DNA of 64,000 nt from an uncultured Acidobacteriota bacterium (GTDB lineage Bacteria > Acidobacteriota > Thermoanaerobaculia > UBA5066): assembly GCA_963779415.1 (NCBI GenBank), contig CAVZYA010000002.1, positions 64,001-128,000 on the forward strand, written 5' to 3'. A model generated the notes under the pieces. That model searched no databases. It saw only the letters and a program-made list of their open reading frames with translations, and was not told the origin of the DNA. Positions 10,434 through 19,976 of the stretch are shown here, in pieces. How positions within the stretch are numbered: position 1 is the first letter of the stretch; the number at the start of each line of letters is the position of its first letter. Both the position numbers and the translations under genes were made by a program.

Positions 10434-11562
10434 ATGGGAAATGACCTCGTCGCCGCCTGCATCTACTGTGCGAGCCTTTTCCTCGGCCGTGACGCGCCCC
10501 CGCTCTACGGGTTCACCGGGGAGGTCATGGGGGCCTACGGGACGCTCCGGCGACAGACGGAGGCCCCCCCGGGCCGTTCCTATTCCGACACGACCGGAAA
10601 GTTCCCGTTCGTGGCGATCGGCTGGACTCGCCCGGCCGCGCCCGGGATGGGAGCGGGGACACCGGCCTGGGAGGTGAGCGGCCGGCTCGGGTGGGCCGCC
10701 TCGCATTCCGAAAGCTTCGAGCCCGAGGGAACTCCCGATCCGATCCTCTCTTCCGGCGCAGGACGCTTCGAAAACGTCGCGCTCGCCTTCCGCGGCGCCC
10801 TCGCGGGAAACGGCTCGGCCGAATTCCTCTTCGTCCAGCACCGGTTCGTGGGCGACGACGTCTACGACGTGGGCGGTCTCTTCCAGTACGCGGGGGAACG
10901 GCTCCTCATTGCCATGAGGCGCGACCTCTCGATCGGATGGCGCCAGCGATTCGCCGGCGCGGAGGTCGCCGTCGCGTCTCCAGCGCGCCCTCCTTCAGGG
11001 GAAGCTCAACACGGCCGACGGCCTCCTTCAGGGAGACGGGGCCGTCTGGGGGGGCGGCGCCGAGGCGCTCCTCGTCCGCGGTCCGTGGCGCTTCTTTCTC
11101 GGAGGCGAGTGGCTCTCCGGCTCGATCCCCCGGGAGGAGCAGTTCGGTCCTTCCTTCCAGCCCGGCTCGGGGCGGGACCCGGCCGTTCTGGGGGCCGCAG
11201 GCTTCTGGGCCGAGCGCTCTGTCGGGCGCGCCTCGTTCCGTCTCGCCGGCTTCTGGCAGAAAGCCGACATCGGCTGGGTCTCGTATTCGATGCTTGGCGA
11301 GACGCTCGCCCGCTTCAACGACGGCTTCCGCCCCGCCTCGGCATCCCGGACCCTTGGGATCGAGGTGACCGCTCGCGTTCTCGTCGGAACCGGCGTCTAG
11401 GTGAAGGCCTTCGGCCGCGCCGCCCGGACCGAGGAGACCGTCACCTTCACGGACGCCCTCTACGGCCGCCCCTCCGCGACGCTCGACGTCCTTTCCCCCG
11501 CGACGAACCAGTTCGCCTTCGGTCTCGGCCTCGAGTTCACCCTCGGCGGGAAGTCCTTCTAG
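10434..11562 (+). CDS. Putative outer-membrane beta-barrel protein; frameshift ~10978 and in-frame TAG at 11398-11400
   Basis: Alternating amphipathic beta-strands; the reconstructed C-terminus ...NQFAFGLGLEFTLGGKSF ends in Phe at TAG 11560-11562. Confidence 0.55.
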
Positions 11563-12071
11563 GGCATCCGCCGGAAGCGGAACTCCTCGCTCTTCCCGGC
11601 TCTCGTCCTCGTGACTTCGAGCGTCTCGCCGACGCGGCGGTACGCGAGCGAAACCGCCGGAGTGCCCCCGCCGGCCGGTCCCTCGAACCGTGCCGACTGA
11701 TTCTCGACCGCGACGAGCGGGAGGATCAGCGGCGCCCCCTTCTCTTCCCGTGCCGCGAGATCGGGGTCGAAGTGACGGAGCCGGAGGACGGGCCCCCCGG
11801 CTTCCTGCCTGATCACATACAGCTCGAGGTTCCTCACCCTTCCCTCCTCGACATATCGCCCCACGCCCGCCATCGAGTCCCCGGCAGGGAGAGTCCAGAT
11901 CTCCTCCGAGAGGTTCCGACCGGTGATCTCCACCCAGTGCCCGGAGAGGAACGCGATGTCGGCGACGGTCCGCCTGGCGAGTGCCGGCTTCGGCGCCGGC
12001 TGGGCCGGGACGGAGGACGCCGAGAGGAGGGCGACGGCAACGGGGAGCAGCAGAAACATCCGGCTGTTCAT
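11559..12071 (-). CDS. Secreted DUF6265-like protein
   Basis: Signal peptide; FLSGHW...EEIW..PAGDSMAG...LRLRHF. Confidence 0.75.
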   Translation of the reverse strand: MNSRMFLLLPVAVALLSASSVPAQPAPKPALARRTVADIAFLSGHWVEITGRNLSEEIWTLPAGDSMAGVGRYVEEGRVRNLELYVIRQEAGGPVLRLRHFDPDLAAREEKGAPLILPLVAVENQSARFEGPAGGGTPAVSLAYRRVGETLEVTRTRAGKSEEFRFRRMP

Positions 12072-12125
12072 CCCGCCAATCTGCCCGATTGCCGCGCCAA
12101 GTCAAACGGCGGCCTCCGGAGAGGA

Positions 12126-12141
12126 TGATTCATGTGAATCA
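12126..12141. promoter_or_regulatory. Palindromic operator TGATTCATGTGAATCA (motif A)
   Basis: 7-bp perfect arms; related sites at 41648, 41735, 50256, 55025, 55044, 56587, 56627. Confidence 0.65.
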
Positions 12142-12146
12142 GAGCG

Positions 12147-12162
12147 CGGCAAGAGTCTTGAT
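12147..12162 (+). promoter_or_regulatory. sigma54-like -24/-12 promoter CGGCAAGAGTCTTGAT (GA variant at -12)
   Basis: GG-N10-GA; the same element occurs at the same distance upstream of the paralogous cytochrome (16400). Confidence 0.5.
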
Positions 12163-12214
12163 CGAGAATGGCCGGATCCGAAACTCTCGGATCACGAAAT
12201 ACGGAGGAATCAAG

Positions 12215-12484
12215 ATGAAGAAGACCACCGCCGCCGTCGTCGCCACGTTCGCCGCACTGGCGCTCGGCACCACCGCCCTCGCCACCATGGACATCCAGAA
12301 GGAGTACAAGGCGAAGGACGCCAAGGCCAACTGCGCCACCTGCCACAAGGAAAAGATGCCGAAGAAGGGCGCTGCCGACCTGAACGACTTCGGCAAGACC
12401 GTCGCGGCCGCCAAGGGGAAGGACGGGAAGATCGACTGGACGAAGGTCAAGGCTCCCGCCGCCCCCGCGGCTCCGGCCAAGTAA
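12215..12484 (+). CDS. Small secreted monoheme c-type cytochrome (paralog 1)
   Basis: GGAGG RBS, signal peptide MKKTTAAVV..., CATCH, Lys-rich, LNDFG. Confidence 0.85.
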   Translation: MKKTTAAVVATFAALALGTTALATMDIQKEYKAKDAKANCATCHKEKMPKKGAADLNDFGKTVAAAKGKDGKIDWTKVKAPAAPAAPAK

Positions 12485-12502
12485 GGTTCGTTCTCCGAAT
12501 TC

Positions 12503-12545
12503 AGCGCCCCCGGGCGTCCTTTACCCGGGGGCGCTTTCGTTCTTC
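12503..12545 (+). terminator. Intrinsic terminator
   Basis: AGCGCCCCCGGG / CCCGGGGGCGCT 12-bp stem followed by TTCGTTCTT. Confidence 0.8.
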
Positions 12546-12551
12546 TCCCGG

Positions 12552-13202
12552 CTACTTCTTCGGGAAGCCGATCGTCTGGGCGAGGACGATCCGCTGGTCA
12601 CTCCGGAGCTCCAGCGCCTTGCCGAGCACCGCCCGGTCGACGCTCCCTCGGACGACGGTCGAGAGGCCCGTCGCCGCGCACCAGAGGTAGACGTTCTGGC
12701 TGATGAAGGCCGCGTCCGAGGCCGCGTAGCGCTCGCGATCCTCCGGGGAGGCTCCCGTCATGCGCGAAAGGTCCGCCACGTAAACGAGGTTCAGCGGCGC
12801 GCCGCCGACGAAGTCCTGGACCCCGGTGAGGCTCCGGAGGTCTCCCTTGAGGACCCCGCGCAGCGCGTGGGCCTTCGCGTCGAAGAGGTAGACCCCCTCG
12901 CGAAGGACGACGTAGAGGTCGATCTCCTGCCAGTTCTTCGCCGACGGCGCCGTCCGACGCCCGTCTTCGCGATTGACGCCCCAGGCGGCCCAGAGAAGGT
13001 CCGCCACCGCCTGTGCGGGGAGCGGCGTCGGGGCGAACTCACGCGTCGACCTCCGCGCTCTCAGCGCGTCGACGAGCGTCGTGGAGACGTCCAGTTTCGG
13101 CTTCGGGAGGTCCACCGGCGGGGGAAGCTCGGCGGCCACGGCTCCGAGGGTGGCAACGAGGGCCGCCGCCACGGCGAAGAGATTCGCTCGGCAGAAGGTC
13201 AT
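12552..13202 (-). CDS. SagB/ThcOx-type nitroreductase family protein with signal peptide
   Basis: RRSTREF, LLWAAWG, RTAPSAKN, ISQNVYL, QTIG. Confidence 0.88.
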   Translation of the reverse strand: MTFCRANLFAVAAALVATLGAVAAELPPPVDLPKPKLDVSTTLVDALRARRSTREFAPTPLPAQAVADLLWAAWGVNREDGRRTAPSAKNWQEIDLYVVLREGVYLFDAKAHALRGVLKGDLRSLTGVQDFVGGAPLNLVYVADLSRMTGASPEDRERYAASDAAFISQNVYLWCAATGLSTVVRGSVDRAVLGKALELRSDQRIVLAQTIGFPKK

Positions 13203-13332
13203 GACATCCTCCCTTCCGGCCACGCCCCCCGGTCGCAGCATCTTTTCGGAGCGTCAGTCTACGACTCCGGCCCGGCGCTGGCGCGCCCCTCGGTGAACAC
13301 CAAGACCCTGAAGCAGGCTATCGTGTAGCCAC

Positions 13333-15899
13333 TTGAACTCCGGCACCCGTCTCGGTCCATACGAGATTCTCGCGTCGCTCGGCGCGGGCGGGATGGGCGA
13401 GGTCTACCGGGCGCACGACACGAAACTCGATCGCGACGTGGCGATCAAGGTCCTCCCCGCCGGTCTTGCCGACGACCCCGAGGCGCTCGCCCGTCTCGAG
13501 CGCGAGGCGCGCGCGGTCGCGCAGCTCTCCCACCCGAACATCCTCGCCATCCACGACTTCGGGCGGCAGGGTGAAACGGCGTACGCGGTCATGGAGCTCC
13601 TCGAAGGCGAGACGCTTCGTGCGCGCCTCGAGGAGGGTGCGCTTCCTTCGCGCAAGGCCGTCGACATCGCCGTGCAGATGGCCGAGGGGCTGGCCGCGGC
13701 CCACGAGAAGGGGATCGTTCACCGCGACCTGAAGCCGGAAAACGTCTTCGTGACGGGAGACGGACGGGTGAAGTTGCTCGACTTCGGCCTCGCGAAGAAG
13801 ACGGGCCCGGCGATGGGTTCGGGCTCGCGCCTGCAGACGGTCGAGAAGCAGACCGAGCCCGGCACAGTGATGGGAACCGTGAGGTACATGTCGCCGGAGC
13901 AGGTGCGGGGCGAGGCAGCGGATCACCGCTCGGACATCTTCTCTTTCGGCGCGGTGCTCTTCGAGATGCTTTCGGGGCGGCAGGCGTTCAAGCGCGAGAC
14001 CGCGGCAGAAAGCATGACGGCGATCCTGAAGGAGGACCCGCCGGAGATCGCAGCGAGCGGCTCCGGGCCGTCGCCCGCGCTGCAGCGCATCGTGCAGCAC
14101 TGCCTGGAGAAGAAACCGGGAGAGCGCTTTCAGTCGGCGCGGGACATCGCCTTCAACCTGCAGGCGCTCTCTGGGTCCGCCGTCACGAGCGGGCCATCGG
14201 TCGCCGTCGCGCGCAGTGGATCGCGCCGTGGCTCACCGTCATTGCCGTCGCTGCCGTGCTGGGTGTTGCCAGGTCTGGCGTTGTACCGAAAAGGCGAGAA
14301 GGCGGGTCTGCGCTCGGCCGCGGAGATCAGCTTCCGCCAGATGAGCTTTCGTCCGCAGGCGATCTTCCAGGCCGCCTTCGCGCCGGACGGCGAGACGATC
14401 GTCTACAGCGCGGCGCTCGAGGGCAACGTCCCGGAGCTGTTCACGATCCGCCCCGAGTATCCCGAGCCACGCCCCCTCGGCCTCCCGCGTACGCATCTCC
14501 TGTCGATCTCCTCCAAGGGGGAGCTGGCCGTCCTGACGAACGCCCGCTTCATCGCGCACCGGCTGTTCACCGGCACTCTCGCGCGGGTCTCGCTCGGGGG
14601 CACCGCCCCGCGAGAGATCCTCGAGGATGTCCGTCAGGCCGACTGGTCGCCGGACGGATCCGAGCTGGCCATCATTCGTGTGGCGGAAGGAAAGGACCGG
14701 CTGGAGTTCCCGATCGGCAAGGTGCTCTACGAGACCGCGGGCTACCTGAGCGACCTTCGTGTCTCGCCCCGAGGCGACCGGATCGCCCTCTTCGAGCACC
14801 CCAGGCAGTGGGACGACCGCGGGTCGGTCATCGTCGTGGATCGGGCGGGAAAGCGTACCTTCCTTTCCGGCGACTATTGGGGGGAGGAGGGCCTTTCCTG
14901 GTCTCGGACAGGCGACGAGGTCCTCTTCACCGCCAGCACGGCAGGGAAAGCGTCAGACCCTCTATGGCGTCGATCTCTCCGGACACCGGCGGGTCGCCCT
15001 CCCGAGCGCCGGGGGGCTGACGATGCACGACGTCTCCCGCACCGGGCGCTGGCTCGTGACTCGCGACGACTATCGTTAGGAGATCTCCGTCCTGGCCCCG
15101 GGCGCAAGCGCCGAGCGCGATCTCTCCTGGCTCGATAACTCCTTGTCCCCGTTTCTTTCGCGGGATGGGAGCATGCTGCTTTTCGATGACGAGTCCGCTG
15201 CCGCTGGCGCCGAACTACGGGGTCTGCCTTCGGAAAACCGATGGCGGTCCCGTCGTACGCCTGGGAGAAGGTCAGGCCTACGGCCTCTCGCCGGACGGGA
15301 AGTGGGCGCTGGCCGTCATCGACACGCCGCCGCAGCTCGTGATCTACCCGACCGGTCCTGGAGAGACTCGGCGCCTCCCGCGAGGCGACCTGGAGACCTA
15401 CCAATCGGCCGGCTGGTTCCCGGACGGAAAGAGCGTCCTGGTTTGCGGCAACGAGGCCGGCAAGGCTTCGCGGTGTTATGTGCAGGACGTCTCGGGTGGC
15501 CTGCCACGGCCGGTCACACCAGAAGCAACGACGAACTGCACGGTTTCTCCGGATGGCCTGCAGATCCTCTACTCGAAACCGGGTGGAACCTGGTTCGTCC
15601 AGCGCGCCGGGGGTGGAACAGCTCAGCCCGTGCCCGGGCTGACCACGGACGACCAGGTCATCCGATGGAGCGCGGATGGCCGCTCTGTCTACGTTTTCCG
15701 CTCTGCGAATGTGCCGTTCCGGCTCGAGCGGCTGGACCTCGCCTCCGGCCGCCGCGTGCTGATTCGCGAGGTCGCTCCCGCCGACAGGACTGGTGTCTTC
15801 CGGATCTCGGGGGCCGCGCTGACGGACGACGCCAGGTCCTACGCGTACAGCTATCAGCGGATGACGTCGCAGCTCTTCGTCGTGGAGGGGGCGCGGTGA
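13333..15899 (+). CDS. Ser/Thr protein kinase with PD40/WD40 beta-propeller; several frameshifts and an in-frame TAG at 15077-15079
   Basis: [19 protein letters not shown]; the propeller continues through ORFs 14759..15079, 15143.. and 15165..15899 (ends [10 protein letters not shown]). Confidence 0.88.
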
Positions 15900-15931
15900 G
15901 CCTCCAGCCCGGCACGCGCCTCGGCCCATGG
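15896..15931 (+). pseudogene. 12-codon stub of a further kinase gene ([12 protein letters not shown])
   Basis: GTGA overlap with the upstream kinase stop; matches the GTRLGPYEI kinase start, then similarity ends. Confidence 0.55.
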
Positions 15932-15945
15932 CAAGCGGACTCCGC

Positions 15946-16105
15946 TCACTCCGAGAGCGGCACCATCCGCTGGCGAAACCAGATCGCCAGCGCCTCGGCC
16001 GTCATCTCGCCCCGCGCCGCCGAGAAGGTGACCTCCCCGATCTGCACGTCCGACGCGCGAAGGCGATGGCCGTTCATCTCGACGACGAACTCCGCCGCCG
16101 CGGGC
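15946..16105 (-). pseudogene. C-terminal fragment of a Fic/Doc (death-on-curing) toxin
   Basis: AAEFVVEMNGHRLRASD..IGEVTFSAARGEMTAEALAIWFRQRM resembles the Doc C-terminus; the catalytic HxFxDGNKR motif is absent. Confidence 0.5.
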
Positions 16106-16289
16106 GGCCGATGGTCTTCGCCGACGACCCCGGCGCGAAGGAAAACCGGGCGACGGTGCCTTTCTACTTCCACTTCGACGGCGTCTAGGCGTTCGTCGGT
16201 CTCCCCACCCAGCCATTCTGACGTGGAAGCCGTCCCTCTTCCGCGGCCGACGCCTCCCGGAACGAAGGAGCAGACCGTCCCTTTTTCGC

Positions 16290-16305
16290 TGCACCATTTC
16301 GTGTA
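16290..16305. promoter_or_regulatory. NtrC-box-like upstream activating sequence TGCACCATTTCGTGTA
   Basis: Resembles TGCACCA-N3-TGGTGCA but is one base short; about 100 bp upstream of a sigma54-like promoter. Confidence 0.35.
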
Positions 16306-16399
16306 CCGTCATGACCGGATGCGAACGAACGGGAAGCCGAAGAGCCTATTCCACTCCCTCGCAGGGCGTTCAATGGGATCATTCGGCACACTTCACCTC

Positions 16400-16415
16400 T
16401 GGCACCGGACTTGAT
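16400..16415 (+). promoter_or_regulatory. sigma54 -24/-12 promoter TGGCACCGGACTTGAT
   Basis: Consensus TGGCAC-N5-TTG, with A instead of C at -12. Confidence 0.6.
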
Positions 16416-16468
16416 TGAACTTCCAGCGACCCGTACCGGGGATCACGGAACAAACTGAAGGAGAAGAG

Positions 16469-16729
16469 ATGAAAAAGACCACCGCCGCCGTCGTCGCCAC
16501 CCTCGCCAGCATTGCTCTGGGCAGCTCGTCCCTCGCCAACATGACCTACCTCAAGGAGTACAAGGAGGCCAAGAAGGAGACGAGCGCCACCTGCACCACC
16601 TGCCACATGGACAAGATGCCGAAGAAGGAGTCCCACGAGCTGAACGACTTCGGGAAGACCGTCAAGGCCGCCAAGGGGAAGGACGGGAAGATCGACTGGT
16701 CGAAGGTCAAGGTTCCCGCCAAGAGCTGA
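16469..16729 (+). CDS. Small secreted monoheme c-type cytochrome (paralog 2)
   Basis: AAGGAG RBS, signal peptide, CTTCH, LNDFGKTVKAAKGKDGKIDW nearly identical to paralog 1. Confidence 0.85.
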   Translation: MKKTTAAVVATLASIALGSSSLANMTYLKEYKEAKKETSATCTTCHMDKMPKKESHELNDFGKTVKAAKGKDGKIDWSKVKVPAKS

Positions 16730-16755
16730 CGTCTCGCGGGATCCGGGCGGAACGC

Positions 16756-16791
16756 GCCTCCGGGCCTCGGGTCCGGGGGCGTTTCCATTTT
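16756..16791 (+). terminator. Probable intrinsic terminator
   Basis: GCCTCCGGGCC-TCG-GGTCCGGGGGC stem followed by GTTTCCATTTT. Confidence 0.6.
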
Positions 16792-16808
16792 GAGGGAAAC
16801 TCGACGAC

Positions 16809-19800
16809 ATGAAGAGACGCTCATTCCCGGCGGCCGGCCTCCTTTCTCTCCTCGGCCTTTTCGGCCTTGCGCGGGGACTCGCTGCCCAGCCACTCCCCGA
16901 GAGCCTCTTCTCGGGAATGCGATGGCGTCTCGTCGGTCCGTTCCGGGGGGGACGCACCGTCACCGCGGCGGGCGTCCCCGGCCATCCCCACCGCTTCTAC
17001 TTCGGCGCCGTGGGGGGCGGCGTCTGGCGCAGCGACAACGCGGGACGGACCTGGGAGCCGATCTTCGACTCTCAGCCCGTCGCCTCGATCGGCGCCCTCG
17101 CCGTCGCCCCCTCGAATCCGGACGTTCTCTACGTCGGCTCGGGCGAGGCCGACATGCGCTCGGACATCTCCTATGGAAACGGCGTCTACCGGTCGGCGGA
17201 CGGCGGAAAGAGCTGGACCCACCTCGGCCTCTCCGACTCCCGGCAGATCGGCCAGATCCTCGTCGACCCCAACGACCCGAACCTCGTCTTCGTCGCGGCT
17301 CTCGGGCACGCCTACGGGCCGAACAGAGAGCGCGGCGTCTTCCGGTCGAAGGACGGCGGAAAGAGCTGGGCGAACGTTCTTTTCAGGGACGAGAACACCG
17401 GCGCGGCCGACCTCGCCTTCCAGCCCGGAAACAGCAGAACGATTCTCGCCTCCCTCTGGCAGACGCGGCGCCCCCCATGGAACGTCTATGCCCCGTCGAA
17501 CGGCCCCGGAAGCGGACTCTGGCGGTCGGAGGATGGTGGCGACACGTGGAAGCAGATGACGGCCGGCCTCCCCTCCGAAGGGCTCGGGAGGATCCGGGTC
17601 GCCTTCGCCCCTTCCGACCCCCGGCGCGCGTACGCCATCGTCGACGCGAAGGAGGGGGGTCTCTTCGTCTCCGAAGACACCGGGGTGACGTGGAAGAAGG
17701 TGAATGGCGACCGACGCCTCTGGGGTCGCGGCTGGTATTTCGCCGGCGTCACCGTCGACCCGAAGGACCCGAACGTCGTCTACGCGCTCAACACGGGGAT
17801 CTTCCGGTCGGCCGACGGCGGCAGGACGTTTCTTCCCTTCAAGGGCGCTCCCGGCGGGGATGATTACCACCGGCTCTGGATCGACCCTGCCGACCCGCAC
17901 CGGATGATCGTGGCGAGCGATCAAGGGGCGGTCGTCACCGTAGACGGCGGCCGGACGTGGAGCAGCTGGTACAACCAGCCGACCGCGCAGTTCTACCATG
18001 TGATCACCGACGACCGGTTCCCGTACTGGATCTACGGCGCGCAGCAGGACAGCGGGGCCGCCGCGACCTCTTCGCGCACCGACTACCGCGCCATCACGCG
18101 GCGCGACTGGAAAGAGATCGCCGCCGGGGGCGAGAACGGCACCATCGTGCCCGATCCGATGAACCCCGACATCCTCTGGGGCGGAACGGTCGGTCGGTTC
18201 GACATGCGGAACCTCCAGGACCTCGACGTCGACCCGACGCTCGCCTGGCCGGGCGACTACCGGAGAACGTGGACGCTTCCGCTCGCGATTTCGCCGCGCA
18301 ATCCGAAGGCCATCACCTTCGGAAACCAGTTCCTCTTCCGGACGACGGACGGCGGAAGGCACTGGGAGAGGGTCAGCGCCGACCTGACCCGCGAGAACCC
18401 GGGCGTCCCGACGACGCTCGACCCCGCCACGGCCGGGGACTCGGGGGTGAAAGGGCCGCGCCGCGGCGTCATCTATGCGATCGCGATCTCTCCGGTCGTC
18501 GACGGGCGGATCTGGTGCGGGACGGACGACGGCCTCGTCTGGCTCTCGCGCGACGACGGGGAAAGCTGGACCGACGTCACGCCGAAGGCCCTCACCCCGT
18601 GGTCGAAAATCGGCATCCTCGAAGCCTCGCATTTCGACGCGGAGACCGCCTACGCCGCCGTCGACCGGCACCGTCTCGACGACGTCGCGCCCTACGTCTA
18701 TCGGACCCGGGACGGCGGGAAGAGCTGGGCGCTCGTCAGGAAGGGGATCCCCGAGGGGAGCTATGTCCACGTCGTCCGCGAGGACCCGGTCCGCCGCGGG
18801 CTACTCTATGCCGGCACGGAGACCGGCGTCTTCGTCTCGTTCGACGACGGCGACGACTGGCAGCCTCTCCAGCGGAACCTCCCGAATTGCTCCATCCGTG
18901 ACATCGACGCACGGCACGGAGATCTCGTCGTCGCGACGCACGGCCGGTCGTTCTGGGTGCTGGACGATCTTTCGCCTCTCCGGCAGATCGACGCGAAGGT
19001 CGCGGCCGAGAGCGCCTTTCTCTTCGCCCCACGGGCGGCCGTCCGTCTCCATCCCGCGCCGTTCCTCGGCACTCCCGAGCCGAAGGACGAGCCGATGGGA
19101 GAGAACCCGCCGCGCGGCGCCTTCCTCGACTACGTCCTCGGGGCCGACGCGCCCGGCCCGGTGACGCTCGAGATCCTCGACGCGAACGGAGGGCTCGTCC
19201 GACGCTTCTCGAGCGACGAGAAGCCGCGCGGGCCCGATCTCTCACGCATCGTCGTCACGCCGGACTGGGTGGCCACCCCGGAGCCCCCCTCCGCCGCAGC
19301 CGGAATGCACCGGTTCGTCTGGGACCTCCGGTATCCCCTTCCGAAGGAGCTTGCCGGCGTGGCCGGATCCTTCCGCGGAAGCTCCGGCCCGTGGGCCCCG
19401 CCCGGGCGGTACACCGTCCGTCTGACCGCGGCCGGAAAGACCCTCACGCAGCCTCTCGAAGTCGTCAAGGACCCGCGGCTCGGCCCGGCCGTTGCCGACG
19501 CCGATCTCGTCCGTCAGTTCCGGCTCGCAAGCGACATTCAGGCTGAGCGCGTCGGTGTGGCCGTGGCCCTGCGCCAGGCCAGCGCCCTTCGAATGCAGGT
19601 TGCCGCGCTGAAGACGGAGAAGCGCCCTGCCCCGCCCGTCATGACCGCTCTCGCCACTTTCACGAAGACACTCGACCGGGCCGCCGGCCCTCCGGCCCCG
19701 GGCTCCGGCGAGGACTTCTGGGACACCGAGGAGATCGACCCGACCAGCCTGCGACGCCTCTCGACCTCTCTCTCCGCCCTTCAGAACGCCGTCGAGAGCG

Positions 19801-19961
19801 CCGACGCGGCTCCGACTCCCGACGCCCTCACCGGCTTCGCCGCGAGGAAGAAGATGGTGGACGAGGGCCTCGCCCGGTGGAAGAACCTCGTCGCGATCGA
19901 GCTTCCCGCCGCAAACAGGGCCCTTCAGGATGCCGGCCTCGCCGCGCTGAAGACCGACTGA
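16809..19961 (+). CDS. Secreted BNR/VPS10 (sortilin-like) beta-propeller glycosyl-hydrolase-like protein
   Basis: WRLVGPFRGGR, many S/T-x-D-G-G-x-x-W Asp boxes, GAQQDSG, ATHGRSFWVLDD. Confidence 0.9.
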   Translation: MKRRSFPAAGLLSLLGLFGLARGLAAQPLPESLFSGMRWRLVGPFRGGRTVTAAGVPGHPHRFYFGAVGGGVWRSDNAGRTWEPIFDSQPVASIGALAVAPSNPDVLYVGSGEADMRSDISYGNGVYRSADGGKSWTHLGLSDSRQIGQILVDPNDPNLVFVAALGHAYGPNRERGVFRSKDGGKSWANVLFRDENTGAADLAFQPGNSRTILASLWQTRRPPWNVYAPSNGPGSGLWRSEDGGDTWKQMTAGLPSEGLGRIRVAFAPSDPRRAYAIVDAKEGGLFVSEDTGVTWKKVNGDRRLWGRGWYFAGVTVDPKDPNVVYALNTGIFRSADGGRTFLPFKGAPGGDDYHRLWIDPADPHRMIVASDQGAVVTVDGGRTWSSWYNQPTAQFYHVITDDRFPYWIYGAQQDSGAAATSSRTDYRAITRRDWKEIAAGGENGTIVPDPMNPDILWGGTVGRFDMRNLQDLDVDPTLAWPGDYRRTWTLPLAISPRNPKAITFGNQFLFRTTDGGRHWERVSADLTRENPGVPTTLDPATAGDSGVKGPRRGVIYAIAISPVVDGRIWCGTDDGLVWLSRDDGESWTDVTPKALTPWSKIGILEASHFDAETAYAAVDRHRLDDVAPYVYRTRDGGKSWALVRKGIPEGSYVHVVREDPVRRGLLYAGTETGVFVSFDDGDDWQPLQRNLPNCSIRDIDARHGDLVVATHGRSFWVLDDLSPLRQIDAKVAAESAFLFAPRAAVRLHPAPFLGTPEPKDEPMGENPPRGAFLDYVLGADAPGPVTLEILDANGGLVRRFSSDEKPRGPDLSRIVVTPDWVATPEPPSAAAGMHRFVWDLRYPLPKELAGVAGSFRGSSGPWAPPGRYTVRLTAAGKTLTQPLEVVKDPRLGPAVADADLVRQFRLASDIQAERVGVAVALRQASALRMQVAALKTEKRPAPPVMTALATFTKTLDRAAGPPAPGSGEDFWDTEEIDPTSLRRLSTSLSALQNAVESADAAPTPDALTGFAARKKMVDEGLARWKNLVAIELPAANRALQDAGLAALKTD

Positions 19962-19976
19962 GAAGAGGCGGGGCGC

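Noticed and set aside
12215-16729. Cytochrome duplicates as direct repeats of a mobile element
   Set aside because: No integrase or transposase is present and the copies have diverged in the middle; ordinary paralogy explains them.
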